This document shows positions 1 to 13,439 of a stretch of DNA of 64,000 nucleotides, in pieces. The notes beneath the pieces were generated by a model. It was given only the letters and a program-made list of their open reading frames with translations, was not told the origin of the DNA and did not search any database. Location of the stretch: contig NW_026948187.1 in NCBI RefSeq assembly GCF_963921235.1, forward strand, positions 7,068,001 through 7,132,000. Reading direction: 5' to 3'. Position 1 is the first letter of the stretch. Every line of letters begins with the position of its first letter. Origin of the DNA: Mobula hypostoma. Taxonomy: Eukaryota. The position numbers and the translations under genes are program-made.

Positions 1-1205
1 TCTCTGCGTAATTGTGACTGCGCACACTTCTCTTCCCTGCCACCCTTGAGTGTCCGGTATACTGCTCATGTCTTCCTCAGTGAAGATGATGCTAAATACT
101 CGTTCAGTTCCTCTGCCATCTGCTTATCTCCCATTACAATTTCTCCAGCATCATTTTCCATTGGTCCTATATCTACTATCACCTGTCTTTTACTCTTTAT
201 ATACTTGAAAAAGCTTTTAGTATCCTCTTTGATATAATTTGCTAGCTTCCTTTCATAGTTAATCTTTTCTCTCTTAATTTTCTTCTTGGTTTCCTTTTGT
301 CGGGTTCTACAATCTTCCCAATACTCTGTTTCCCGCTATTTTTGGTTACTTGTATGCCCTCTCCTTTGTTTTAACTTTGGCTTTGACTTCTCTTGTCAAC
401 CATGGTTGCATCATTTTTCCACTCGTAAATGTCTTCTTTTTTGGAATATACCTGTCTTGCATATTCTTCATTCCTCGCATGAACTCCAGCCATTGCTGTT
501 CTGCTGTCTTTCCTGCCAGTGTCCCTTTCCAGTCAACTTTGGCCAGTTCCTCTCTCATGCCACTGTAATTTCCTTTACTCCATCAGATTTCGGTTTCTCT
601 TTTTCTAATTTCAAAGTGAACTCAATCATGTTATGATCACTGCTTCCTAAGGGTTCCTTCACATCAATCTCTCTAATCACCTCCCGTTCATTACACAATA
701 TCCAATCTAGTACAGCCGATCCCCTGGTAGGCTCAACAACAAGCTGTTCTGAAAAGCCATCTCGCAGACATTCTACAAATTCTCTCTCTTGAGGTCCAGT
801 GCTGACCTGATTTTCCCAGTGTACTCGCATGTTAAAATCCTACACAATTATCATAACACTGCCCTTCTGACAAGCCTTTTCTATCTCCAGTCGTAATTTG
901 TAGTCCACATCCCTGCAGCTGTTTGGAGGCCTATAAATAACTGCCATAAGGGTCCTTTTACCCCTGCTATTTCTTAGCTCAACCCATAAAGATTCTGCAC
1001 TTTCCGATCCTATATCACCTCTTTCTAAGGATTTAATATCAGTTTTTTCCAATAAAGCCACGCCTCCCCCTCTGCCTACCCCCCCCCCCCATCCTTCCGA
1101 TACACCGTGTATCCTTGGTTGTTCAACTCCCAGAGACAGGCATACTTTAGCTAGGTCTCAGTGATGGCCACAGTACCATACCTGCCAATCTATAGCTGCA
1201 CAACA
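1..1205 (-). mobile_element. CR1 LINE fragment (endonuclease region), duplicate of 15055-16260
   Basis: Same minus-strand ORF fragments as 15401-16182 and almost identical sequence. Confidence 0.9.
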
Positions 1206-3290
1206 AGATCATCTGGTAGGTTAATTGGTCATTGTAAATTGAAGGGCCGATGGGACCGTGATGCATTTCGCCAGTCAAGATCTGACAGTTGGGAACCTAC
1301 TGGAAGTAAGCTTTTGGGACTGACCTCTTCCGGTAGGCTGATCCACAGCACCGATCTGCATTGGATAGCATAGATTCAAGTTTGTCCTGGACATAGAGGA
1401 CAGAGCTCAGGGTTCGAGGGCAGCCATTCTGCATGTGACAAGTTTTGGAGATGTAACGGCGTTTAACTTGCATGAAAATTCTGGTGATTCCTTAATATGC
1501 CTCTAGGTGACACACAAAGTGATGAAGTTGAAGATGTTGAAGGAGCCTGGTAAAAGTGCAGATGGGTTGAAAATGTGGTCACAGAAATCACAACTGTGTC
1601 AAAGTAATACGACAGTTCGGTGTCTGTTGCTTCGAAACGATAGAGAAATACGGGATTATCCCCCCAGCGTGTAAGTCTATGAGTGTGACCTCTCTGCTGT
1701 TTGATACACAATGCAAAAATAAAAGAAAAGTAGATTCGTATGCAACCAGAAGATGGCAGTCGACAATGCAGAGATTTCATTGTGTCACCTGGGAATCGTA
1801 TTGTAATTACAATGGAGAAATAACAGTCTGTAGATGAAGTTCGACAGTGAGCTGTTCCGGGATTTGTGATATCTATAAATGACTCGGTTGCATGTAAATG
1901 AGTTGACTAATAATCTTGCAGACGACCCAAAATTTAATTTGAAACATACACAAAGTGCCGGAGGTTCTTCGGGCGGTAATTTCAAATGAACTCTAAAGAG
2001 CAATACCTTTACACAGAGAGTAGTGGGTGCAAGGCCTGCACTTCCTGGTGTGGTGGTGCGGACACAAGGAGGGGAGACATTGGGGAGCTGCTGAGACAGA
2101 TATGTGCCTCTGAGGAAAATGGAAGGACATGCTCATAATTCAAGCAGACAAGATTGGTTAGCCATTAGGTTACTTATCTAACTGGTACAGCGCGACTTTG
2201 TGGGTCGACGGGACTGCTCTGGTGCTGTCATGTTCCAATGAAGAGAATGAACAGCTGACACTTTGGAGAGACTTTTTTTCTGGATTGGAAAGGTCATGGG
2301 GCCGGCTGAGGGGACAATGAGGTAGATTACCTGCTGACGTGGGGAGGGGTCGTGTTGTGAATATAAGTGATGGACAGTGTAGAGTCGGACGGGATCATGT
2401 AAGAAACTGAGCGGTGATCGGCGGAAACTGTACGAGAACGTAGATGTGGGAACAAGAGGGCACTAGCTGGTACACGAAAGGGAGGAAGGGGAGAGGATGG
2501 GTAGGTGAACTTAGAAGAAGAAACGAGAGAGGAATCAGAAACGTGGATGGAACAGGAGAAAATAGTGAGAGGGGACAAAGAGGCTGGTGCTAGAGAAATC
2601 GATGTTCATACACTCAGGTAGCAAACTACACAGACCGAATATGAACTGTTTACGCTAAAAATATTATTCCAGCACCAAAGACCGTGGACGGGCTCTCAGC
2701 CTAACGGTTAGCGTCGGAGTTCTGAGATCACTTGCTTTGTCCTCGGTAAGGACAATCTGTACGTCCCACTCGTTCAATTCACTCGTTTTCCCCGTCTGCT
2801 TTTCCACAGCTAAAAGACGTGTCCGGTAGGTTCGTTACTTTTTATACATTGACATTTGTTGAGTTGGCGCTCTATCTGTAAATATAATAAATATTTCTAG
2901 AATAAGCTCTCAGTATGGGATGGGAAGATGGAGTATATATACAGACCAGAGGGCAGTTCTAACTGTTGCGCAGGACGGCGCCGACGGACTCGCAGAAACG
3001 TTCCCGAAACAAATTCGGATCTCACCGAAGAGGTGGAGACCGCACCGCATTGGCAATACCGGGTACAGCAGGCGAAACCGGCAGATCGGCAGGTGTAGTG
3101 TCACCTCAGCAGAAAGGCCGATTTGGGACACTGAACGTGGGTGTGGGAGACCCTGTGCGGGCCGGCGCAGGACTGGTCCTGCTTGCAGGGTTCAGCGCCA
3201 GGAGGGAGATCAGTGGGGATTCATTTAAAGCTGCTGGAACGGCATCGGAACACATACTGTGGTCATGGTAATACAGCAAGGGTATGGGTT
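1..3290. repeat. Segmental duplication, near-identical to 15055-18345
   Basis: Position 1 matches 15055 (offset 15054-15056). Only scattered substitutions (~99% by eye), and the ORF track is duplicated accordingly. Confidence 0.95.
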
Positions 3291-4215
3291 CCTGCCCGGG
3301 CTGTAAAGATTTATTTAATGAAGGGAATGCATTGCAGTCCATCATGTGCAGCACCCTCCTCATTATTGACAACATCCACAAAGTACGCAGCAACAGGAAA
3401 GCAAAATTATTCATTCGGGATACCCCAACTCATTCCAGCAACAAAGACCGTGGTCAGGCTCTTAGCCTAACGGCTATGGTCGTAGATCTGAGATCATTTG
3501 CAGTGTCCTCAGTAAGGACAATCTGTGTGTCCCACTCGTTCAATGTGCTCGTGTTAACCATCTGTCTTTCCACACTTAAAAGATCTGTCCGGTTGGTTAA
3601 TTACTTTTGTAAATTGTTCCCTGATTAATTTAGGGTGAAATCGCATTCTCTGATATTTGTTCGGGGGGCGCTCGATTTGTAAGTATAATAAATATTTCAG
3701 GAATAAACTCTCAGTGTAGGAACAGGAAGATGGAGTAGATTTGCTGACCAGAGGCAGTTCTAACTATTGCGCACGACGGTGCCGAGGGACTCGCAGAAAC
3801 GTTCCCCTATACTCATTCGGATCTCACCGAAGAGGTGCAGGCCTCACTGTACTGGCAACACCGGGTATAGCAGGCAAAACCGGCAGACTGGCAGGTGGAT
3901 TGTCACCTCAGCAGAAAGGCACCTGAACGTGGGTGCGGGAGACTCTGTCCGGGCCGGCGCAGCACAGGTCCCGCATGCAGGATTCAGCGGCAGGAGGAGA
4001 TCAGTGAGGAGTCATTTAAAGCTGCTGGGGCGGCAGCGGAACCCGTACTGAGGTCACGGTTATGCAACCAGTGTATGGGTTCCTGTACCAGCTGTAAAGA
4101 AAATATGTTTTTAAAGTAATGTGAATACATCCCAGTTCCTCACGGGGAAAAGCTTCCTCATTATTGAATACATCTACAAGGAACGTAGTCGCAGGGAAAC
4201 AAAATCCACCATCAG
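2667..4215. repeat. Two diverged tandem copies of a ~766-bp unit (2667-3432, 3433-4215), each ending in a Rex1/Babar-like LINE 3' fragment
   Basis: Both units start ttccagca.caaagaccgtgg and share ggatctcaccgaagaggtg, tgtcacctcagcagaaaggc and catttaaagctgctgg. The second continues into HALFTLLPPGRRYR, a Rex1-type RT C-terminus. Confidence 0.85.
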
Positions 4216-4457
4216 TGATCGCCGTGACCCAGGCCATGCTCTCTTCACGCTGCTGCCACCTGGACGGAGATACAGGGGCGTTAGCACTCACACGACCACC
4301 ATCATAACAGTTAATACACCTCAAAAATTCAAACCCCGACATTGTCCTGCACCGTGACAGATTTCCTCGTGTTTCCATGACATATGGAGTGATTTTCAAG
4401 GGCTCCTCATCTGATAGCCTCGATAGTCATTGCGTGTTGATACATATACATATACGC

Positions 4458-4458
<1 letters not shown>

Positions 4459-4497
<39 letters not shown>

Positions 4498-4525
4498 CTT
4501 TGTGTGTGTGTGCGTGTGTGTGTGC
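4459..4525. repeat. (TG)n microsatellite
   Basis: Direct reading. Confidence 0.95.
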
Positions 4526-5929
4526 GTTTAAATCTCAGCTGAGGAAATCGTTTGTCAATTACTCGGAACATAGAGGTTAAGAACACCCAAGCACTCATCA
4601 GTCCTACCTCGGCAATGTTAATATCCTCCATCTTCTTACATCCTAATGGCTATCCAGACGTCTCTTAAAGTCGTCTACTGTATTTGACTCCACGTCAATA
4701 CCAGGCAGCGCGTTCCAGGCATCCACGGTCTCAGAGTGAAAAAAAAAACTATTCCTCAAATCCCACTTGAAACTACTTCCTCTCATTTTCGATGCATAGC
4801 CTCTGCTCTTACATATTTGAACACTGGGGTACAGATACTCCCTATTTCTCTATCTATGCCTTTCATAAGCTTATAAACCTCTCCTAAATCTCCCCTGAGC
4901 CTGCGGCGCTTCAGAGAAAACCAACCGTCTGTCCAGCTTCTCGTCACAAGACATGTTGTCTGAACCAGGCAGCGTTCCCATATGGCCTGACCAGATTTTT
5001 CAGAATTTGATACATAATATCTTGATTTGGGATCCGTGCTTCGACGGATAAAATTAGGCATTCTAAAAGTCTCTTATTCACCTTGTTGACCTGCGTAGCC
5101 ACTTTCAAGAGGCTATGACCTCAGATCCCAAGGTAGCTCTTTCACCAACACTCTTCAGGAGCTTGCCCAAACACTGTACTGTTTCATGAATTTACTTGAT
5201 ACAAGCGTTCTGCATCACAGATTTATCTGGGTTAATTTCCATCTGCCCTGTCGCTGTTAATATCTGCAACTCATCTGTGCTTTACCAGTCTTCTACAGTG
5301 GCCGCAACTCCATCACTCTTGGCATCGACCGCAAATGTACGAGCCAACCCACCTATATTTTCATCCATGTCATTTAGATACATCACAAGCATCAGGCATC
5401 CCAGCACAGATCACTGCCGAGCATCACAATTTGCAGATCTCCATCTCGGATAAGTCTTGTCAGTCATCTCACTCTGCCGTCTATGCGCAAATATGTTCTG
5501 AGTCCAGGCAGCCAATTCGCCACCGTTCCCTTTGTCTCTCCCGCTGAGGGAAAATGGCAAACGCCTGACTGAAACCATGTATACACCATCCACTGCCCTA
5601 CCCTCATCAATTCTTTTCGTAACTTTGTTAAAATACACTTTCAGGTTGTAAGACAAGATCTACCCCGAACAGAGCCATGCTAGCTCTCCCTAATCTGTCT
5701 GGGTTTTCCAACTCTCGTAAATCCTGTATATACGAATTATTAACTCCTATATCCATATCACTGAAATCAGTCTCTCTCATCCATAGTTTCCGGGATTTTT
5801 ACCGTTTCTCGTTTAAAAAAGAGATAAAACATTATCACTGGCCAGTCCTGCGGGACTTCGCCTGTGGCTGGAGTTGACATGAGGAAACCCATCAAGGCCC
5901 CAGCAATATTACGTCGTATCTCTTGCAAT

Positions 5930-6545
5930 TGTTTTGGTTACACTGGCTGCTAAGGTGTCTAAAATTGCTTCTTTGTATAAAATGGCTTTTCTGTAATAAT
6001 AAATGCGATGTATGGAGTTATCTCTCTCCCTGCTTGTTAGGGTTACACTATTGATAAGGGAGACAAAACGACCCAATGAGTGCCAGTGCTTTTCTCTCCG
6101 TTTGTGTGGGGACCCGGGTGAGTTCTTGGGTTTTTTCGGGAGGGGAACCGAAGAGGAAGGACATGCTGTACGCGTTCTGGTCGACCACCGTGGTTGGTCT
6201 CAGGTGGCGGGTCGAGGAGGTCGGAGCGGATCGCATGGTGGAAGGAAGACCCCATTAACTGAGCTCCAACGGTTGTGCACGAAGTGGTTGAACTCTGATA
6301 AGTTTGGCGCCGTTTTATTTCCTTTTATATTGTAGCTCTATTAATTGCACAGCTCCGGTAAGATCCATACATTGTAATCTGTAAATCGTGCATTGTGTGC
6401 GGTCTGATATTTGATGTGTGAGTTTAAACCAGGGTGTATTACACAGCAACTACCCAAACGTGAGGCAAGGTTTGGTGAGCGGACGCGGTTCCTTCCCCCT
6501 CGATAAACACGAGCCGTTAACTCTGCGCGTTAAATTTGTGGGGGC
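5930..6545 (+). mobile_element. LTR-like repeat, same family as 36328-37054
   Basis: gttgaactctgataagtttggcgcc and ggagctccaac.gtt.gtgcacgaag match the reverse complement of 36560-36720. Boundaries approximate. Confidence 0.5.
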
Positions 6546-6899
6546 ACTTCCGGGTTTTCCACCCGGCACCTCTGGCACGAGCACTTCTTCCGAAGTGTGA
6601 AAATTCACCCAACTTAACACGCATGCATGATTAACCGGAACTTCCTCGGACTCACACGAGTCGTAAACTTCTCCTGGTCCGTCTCCGCACGAACTTAACG
6701 GGAGGTTTACACAGCTTCATTACGGTCTATTTTGCCTTCCTCCCTTCGTAAAGAGTGGTGTTACGTTTGTAATCTTTCAGCACTGCTGGACATGGCAAAA
6801 TCAAGTGATTCGTGAGAGAAGATGAACAATATATCTATTATCACTTCTGCATTCTCTCGCAGATCTCTCGGTGTAGTCTATCTGGCCCAGTTAACATTT

Positions 6900-9350
6900 T
6901 TCAGCTGAAGAGCTTTGTGGTTGCCGAGCACTTTTTCATTTGTAATAACAACGTGATTCACTCCCGGCCGCTTATCCTTTCGGGACTCTGACGTACTGAT
7001 ACTGTCTTCCAGAGCAGACGCATTTGCCAACAACCCGTTAAGTTCATACGTCATTTCTTAGTCCCCATTTCTACCTCTCGTCGGAAATAAGGAACAATAT
7101 GTTTCAATTGTTGCATTCTTTGTGTCCCCAAGACTGGATAAGAAAAATATATGCAGTTAGTCCGACCAAATAGTCAGTAATTAGATGGAGAGCATTTTGT
7201 GAACAGTGCCCGTAAATGGAGATGTCTTAAGGTCGTTATCGGTTATGATCAGGCTTGTCTTCACGGGGCAGTGTTCAGACTGCAGAACCCCGAATACAAT
7301 TACATTGGGAAGGAACTGGGGAACTTTTATTAAGAATCGCCGCCGTGGCTAAGTCCACACCTCAGAAGTGGATATGTTATAATTTGGATCTCAGTATCAG
7401 CATTTTTAATGAGGTTGAAGCTAAGTACCAAGCAGGACAAGGCGAGGCTCGAAAACCTAAATGACGCGAAACATTGTAAGTACCGACCGGAGAAAAGAAA
7501 TGATGTTAACTGTTTAGTCATCTTAATTCGAGTCTGAAATGCGGAGGTTATTAAAGAAAGCAGAAATGTTGAAACAAGCAATATTGAGAAGGTATTTGAG
7601 GAGCAAATGGGGAACGATGAGAATAGCGGGCCTTTTCAAGAAGAAATGAGGGTACCTGCAGACAAGAAGTTCGGAAAATCCTTCATGATTACCTCACATC
7701 TGCATTCACCGCAGAAGCTGATACACAATAGGACAAGATCAGGAGGCGAAGGATATGATTGCAGGGTACTACGATAATGAGACAAAAGTGTTGCGACATT
7801 TTAGTGAACACAACTCTGCAGAGGGTCAGTATCCTGTTGCCACATATTCTGACCTTTTTCGCCACCATCTAGGTGGGTCCAGTGAACATTCTCTCCCGTC
7901 CTCCAACTGATCAATCTCCTGTTACTCCTCCTCTCTCCTTTCCATTCTGAGCCAACGCGTTGGAGTCAGTCCCGGAGTACTGGCCCCTGCGGCAGTCCCA
8001 TGGTCGGTAGTCCCACCAACAATATCCAAGTCTGTACATCTGTTACTTATGGGAACAACCTCAGAGTGTTGTGAACCGTCTGTTTATACCTCTTCCCTCT
8101 CCTGTCGTTCACACAGATACCTGGCACCTGCAAATGAGCGGTAACATTTCCTTCTACCGTAAAGACCGAATATCACCGACCTGCAACTCCAGGTTAAGGT
8201 ATAAAGCGGATGCTCTTGTTAAACCGTTACAGATTCTCAGATTGTGTGATGTTGTGTCCATCACTGAATCGTGGATGAACGGTGGTTGAATTTCGGAACT
8301 GAATGTCCGAGGCTTTAGGTTGTAGCGGAGGGACAGGGAGGTCGGCAGAGTGGGTGGCTTGGCTGTGCAGAAAATAATGGCACCTGCTCAGTAGAAAATG
8401 TGGCATGGGATCATAAGCTGTGGAATACTTGTCTGTTGAGTTCAGAAACTGCCAGGGTAACAGAATCCTCATGGGAGATATATACAGTCATCCCGACAGT
8501 AGATTAGATACAGACCATAGATTTCAACGGGAAAATGTGTACCTGGAGGGCAATGTTTCGATAGCCATAGGATTTGTCCACTTGCAGCTCGATTGGGTTG
8601 GCTTGCTTCTGCAGTTTTTGTCATTCGGCCGACGTGGTGATCAGCTATTCTGGATTGGGTGTTATGAAATGAATCGGAAATAATTCGGGAGCTGATGGTG
8701 AAATAAGCCTTTGGCAGCAGTGGTCACAATATGATTGAGTTCAACTTGACATAGAGAGGGAGAAGTTAAAGTCTGAGGAAGCAGTGTTTCAGTGCAGTAG
8801 GGGAAATTACAATGGTATGGGAAAGACTTAGCCAAAGTAAGTTTGAAGGAGATGCTGTCGGTGTTGTTTGTAGGGCAGAAATGGCGTGAGCTCCTGGTAA
8901 AAGCGAGCAACGTGCAGAATAGATCTATTCCAAAAAAAAAACTCAAATAGCAAAATAGTATGATCGGAGTTGACAAGGGACGTCAAAAGTACTGTAAAAG
9001 CAATAGGGAGGGCAAACAGCAGAGCAAAAATGAAGGGGAGGTCAAACGATTGGGAAGCAATTTAAATCGTACAGCAAGTAATTAAAAGAATCATTGGAAG
9101 GAAAATAGATGAAATATGAAAACAAGCAAACAAAAATATTACAGTGGACAGTGCAACGTTTTCAACTATATAAAAATAAAGGAGAAATGTGAGTGGATAT
9201 AGGACAGCTAGAAAATGAGGCAAGAGAAATAACAACGCGGGGCAAGGAGATGGCAGACCAACTATATGAATATGTAGCATCGGTCTTCACTGTGGAAGAC
9301 TCTAACACTTTGCCTGATGTTGTAGTGGGCGAACTAGATGCATGAGAGAC
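6900..9350. repeat. Paralogous block A (matches ~22750-25110), upstream part of the GPCR cassette
   Basis: Colinear matches such as gcc.a.cactttttcat.tgtaata, tggataagaaaaatata and aatgttgaaacaagc.atattgagaagg, followed by shared decayed CR1 pieces; ~70-75% by eye. Confidence 0.8.
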
Positions 9351-9439
9351 GAACACTGTGACTGAACGCTGTTAGACAATTCGCTAGCCGACTGTTGGGA
9401 TTATTATTTACAACTCGAGTCTCCTTTTGTATCGCTTCT

Positions 9440-9600
9440 CTGACGGCCTGCAGGTAAAGGGTTAATTGCACCTGTCATTCCGTAGAAGTTAATGAAGGGA
9501 GTGTCTGTGGGGATTGTCGACGTCACCGCGGAGGCGTGGCTGCTGGTGGCCCGGTCTCTTAAAATGTCGCCCTCATAACGACAGTGTCAGTGAGAGCCGC
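9440..9600 (+). promoter_or_regulatory. Putative proximal promoter of GPCR paralogue 1
   Basis: A 22-nt block attgtcgacgtcaccgcggagg (CRE-like GACGTCA at 9519-9525) is identical to that of paralogue 2. An upstream E-box CACCTG and a TA-rich element (TTAAAA, 9559-9564) are also positionally conserved. Confidence 0.45.
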
Positions 9601-9685
9601 CAGTCCGCGCTATCAGAGACCAGCGGCTGCAGACAGAGAGAAGACAGAGGCTGCGTCGCGAACAGGAATCTGGACGATCGCAGCA

Positions 9686-9866
9686 ATGGATTATAACCTG
9701 CGAAGTGCTATGCCCAATGATACGGGAATCGCGAAGAATATTTTCTGGGCGTATCAAAGTCTTGTTGAATATTACGAATTGCTGACGTTGGACTATCGAA
9801 TCTATCTTGCGCTTGTGACATTCCAAGTGGTTTACTACCCGGTACTCGCAATTGTAGCTCTTCTTG
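9686..9866 (+). CDS. GPR139/GPR142-like class A GPCR, paralogue 1, coding exon 1 (N-terminus plus most of TM1)
   Basis: ATG at 9686 reads MDYNLRSAMPNDTG...VVYYPVLAIVALL, 181 nt (60 codons +1), followed by a GTAAGT donor at 9867. Has an N-glycosylation sequon (NDT). YYPVLA matches the GPR139-type TM1 start. The exon has the same length and phase as the paralogue at 31620. Confidence 0.9.
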
Positions 9867-10453
9867 GTAAGTGTCGGGTCTCATCCTCATCATTAGTGCT
9901 GAAAAATATAAGTCAGCTGCTCTTTCAAACCTGTGCTCTAACGACTAGCTAATTGCAAGTCAGGTATTTCCATCTGGTATCGCTTCAGCAAACATCGGCT
10001 GAGTGTATTTGATAATGCAAGGCTTATGGTGAAAGCAAGGAGGCATGTGATCCAAGTGGACATTGCTATGTGGATCCGGAAATGGCTTGCCCATTGAGGG
10101 CAAAGTGTTATTGTAGACATTCTGCATTGAAGTCGTTGACCAGCGGTTTGCTTCAGGGATCTCTTCTGGCACCCCTAATCTTCCTGATTTTTATAAATGA
10201 CATGGATGAGGAAGTGCAGCGATACGTTAATAAATGTGGTGATGAAAAAAAAGGTTGGGGGCGTTGTGGATAGTGTGGAAGGCTGTCAGATTTACAGCCG
10301 GACATTGATAGGATGCAAAATTGCGTTAAGAAGGGGCAGATGGAGTACAATATAGATCAGTGTGAGCTCGTTCTTTTAGGTAGCTAAATACGATGGCAGA
10401 ATATAGTATTAGCGGAATTGAATAAAGAAAGAAAGAAAGAAAGAAATAGATCC

Positions 10454-11249
10454 TGTCACGTGACCAACAACAAAGAAAATATAATTGAGTCAGTTTTTTA
10501 TTAACAAACAAACAAACATTTATTAAACTCTGCTCACCAATATCGAGAAGTATTCAAACGACTCACTTAACCGGAAGTTAACCGCGATACGGCAACTCTG
10601 GAACAGTTCTTAAAGTGGTAACTTCGAACACACTATTAAAACGGTTATTTCGGAATTCCAGTTGATTTATGCAGTCAATCAGGAGAGACTTCTCTGTAAA
10701 CGGATGTCTTCGAAGACGAGACGATACTGCTGATTCTGTCCACGGGATTCACGACGACAGAAATAAACTGGCTTAAATGAACTGACCTTGTCCTGGCGAA
10801 TGACACTGCACAAACCTTCCCTATCTTACAGGATATCTCAGATGCAGGTCACTGTTTCTGAACGAAGAATCACTGAGGTAGATCGTTTATAAAACTGCCT
10901 GAACGACACCAACTTTAATTGATCCTTCAGGCTCCCGTACGTTAGTAAGATCCTCACTCTCCAATACCAGAATTACAAAAGAAAGTAAACCTCCACTTTA
11001 AAATGAAACTGTGTCCTGAGACGAAGACGCAGCATAACGGAGTAAATGACGAATTACACAACAAATCAAACTGCGTAACAGCAGGGGTTTCCCGTTCTAT
11101 ACCTGTTGAGAACATGTCATCACATGACCTAGCACTGGCGGGAAAATTACATCACTGCACCATCACAAGACCATTACATCCTGCTCACAAGACACTCAGT
11201 TACATCATGGTCATCAGACAGTCACAGGATACCCACGAGGGATGTAACA
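10454..11249. mobile_element. Solo LTR-like insertion in the GPCR1 intron
   Basis: Begins TGTCACG, ends TGTAACA, is flanked by atcc/ctcc (near 4-bp TSD), and is absent from the homologous GPCR2 intron. Confidence 0.6.
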
Positions 11250-12476
11250 CTCCAACGTCTCACCAGTTAAAAAGCCTAAGGTTACGTGGGTATCATACCT
11301 CCAGGATCTATCGCCGACACAACGGCTGCAGAGGAAACTGATGGCATGCAGAGGGATATTAATATATTAATATAAGCGAACGTGACAGCTGGTAGGTGAA
11401 CGTGTCTCCACTGGTAGGTGAGAACAGAACTACGGGACATCGCCTGAGGATTCTGGGGATCAAACTTAGGACCGTGATGAGGATGAACTTTTTCTCTCAG
11501 AGGATGGTGAATCTGGGGAATTCTCTGCTCAGTGCAGCACTGGAACCTACTTCAATAAATATACTTACGACTGGCTGCCATTGATCTTGCATAGTAGACG
11601 AATTAAGGGCTATGAGGAAAAGGGAGGTATGCGGCGATGAGTCCATGGTCAGATCAGCCATGATCTTCTTCATTGTCAGATCATGCCAGTCCGAACAGAT
11701 GGACTATTCCTGCTCCTATTATTAATGTTCTTATGTCCTCACCTTCACTCCTCTTTACAGTTCAGGGCAGTTGAATTTCTGTCACACTGATACTTGGTAC
11801 ATTAATTCGTTCCTTGCTCTCTGAAGACTTCCCGTTTGCAACTCGTTCTCCTGGTGCAGAAGATCAGAATACGTTTCAGTAATCGGTTGCTGTCACTGCT
11901 TTGCTCATAAGGCTCAGAAGCTAAATTCGACCAGCCGAGCACAGAGCCTTCGCCGCCAATCCGTGTAGCTGATTCATTATCTCACTCAACCACATTCTGG
12001 CGCCCAGCACCGGAGCCAACGGCGACCTGATGAATCAAGCACCGATCACTCTCCTCTGCCAATGGTTCCAATGAACTGGCCCCAGAGCCGTCTGTGCCGA
12101 TGAATTCCACACATTCACCTGTCTCGGTCTGAAGAAATTACGGCCCATTTCCATTCTAAAGGAAAGTCTTTTTATTGTCAAGACTCGTCTTCAGGTTGTT
12201 GACTCCCCCACGACAGAAGCAACCCTCTCCACGTCCACGATATCTTGGCCTTTCAATGTTCAATAAGTTTCAATGAGACTCCTCTCATCCTTCTGAACTT
12301 CAGCAGGTACATTATAATCACTGCCAATTTAATAATGGATTCCGATAATGTCCTTCTTAGTTGCATGAAATCCATGTTCATCTCTGCAATTGAGAGTGCT
12401 ATCGATTACAATAATTGCTTTCAGAGAATGTGTCCATACAAATGTGTGTTGATCTTTTATATTTACGTCCGCACAG

Positions 12477-13402
12477 TGAACGTGGTGACAATCGTCATCC
12501 TGTCTCGGGGAAAGTGCGGTCTCTCCGAAGGCGTCACAAGGTACCTGGTTGCCATGGTAGCAGCGGATCAGCTCGTCGTTCTCTTCGACCTGGTATTGAG
12601 CAAGATTCCGGTGACTTACTGGCCAATAGAGTTTGTCAACTGGTCAGGTCGTCTTCGCGTGTGTAATATCCACGCCGTCCTGTTCTACACCGCCACGGAC
12701 TGTTCTGTCTGGTTCACCGTCACCTTCACCTTTGATCGGTTTGTCGCCATTTGTTTTCAGGAGCTGAAACGAAGATTCTGCACCGGGCGAGCGGCGGCTC
12801 TGGTTCTGGGGACAGTGACTGTGCTAATCTGCGTAAAGAACATATTCTGGTACTTTATGTTGGATGAGTTATTTTCATCACTAAATAGGTCCTTGATCTG
12901 CCTGACTAGTGACCGTCTATTTTCCCATTCTCAGCTGGCAACATTTCTACTGATTCATTTCCTCCTCACCCCAATATTCCCCTTTGTCCTGATACTCCTG
13001 CTCAATAGTTTAACCATCAGACACGTCTTCGTAGCCAGCCGAGCCCGGAGGAGACTCCGTGGTTCGCGGGTTGGCGAAACGGCCGCCGACCCGGAGATGA
13101 AGAATCGCAGGAAATCCCTTCTGTTACTGCTGGTTATGTCGGGGAATTTCATCCTGCTGTGGGCGCTGCTGACGGTGTGTTCCGTATGGGAGAGCCTGAT
13201 TTTTTACATTTACTCGATTCCCCCAGAGTCTCTGCGGGAGCTGGGCTACATGCTGCAGCTCCTCAGCTGCTGCACCAACACGGCCCTTTACGCCGTGGTC
13301 CAGGCCAGGTTCAGGGAGCAGCTGAAGGAGACGGTGAAATCGCCCTTACGTCTCATGGCAAAGTGCACTCGGCGTTGTCAGGATTGCATTAATGCTCGGT
13401 GA
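12477..13402 (+). CDS. GPR139/GPR142-like class A GPCR, paralogue 1, coding exon 2 (end of TM1 to C-terminus); spliced product 368 aa
   Basis: Acceptor ...gtccgcacAG at 12475-12476. The phase-1 join gives V-NVVTIVILSRGKCGLS. Motifs seen: AAD (TM2), VCNIH (C3.25), FDRF (DRY equivalent), FILLW (TM6) and CTNTALY (NPxxY equivalent). Stop TGA ends at 13402. 181+926=1107 nt, with no disruption. Confidence 0.92.
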
Positions 13403-13439
13403 CACTTCTCCCATACCGCCCAAGATATCCCATTTCATC

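Noticed and set aside
12245-12476. N-terminal extension of the 385-aa ORF (and 33740-33788 of the 324-aa ORF)
   Set aside because: This is intronic sequence read through in frame. It contains the polypyrimidine tract and AG acceptor, and the real N-terminus is the upstream 181-nt exon.
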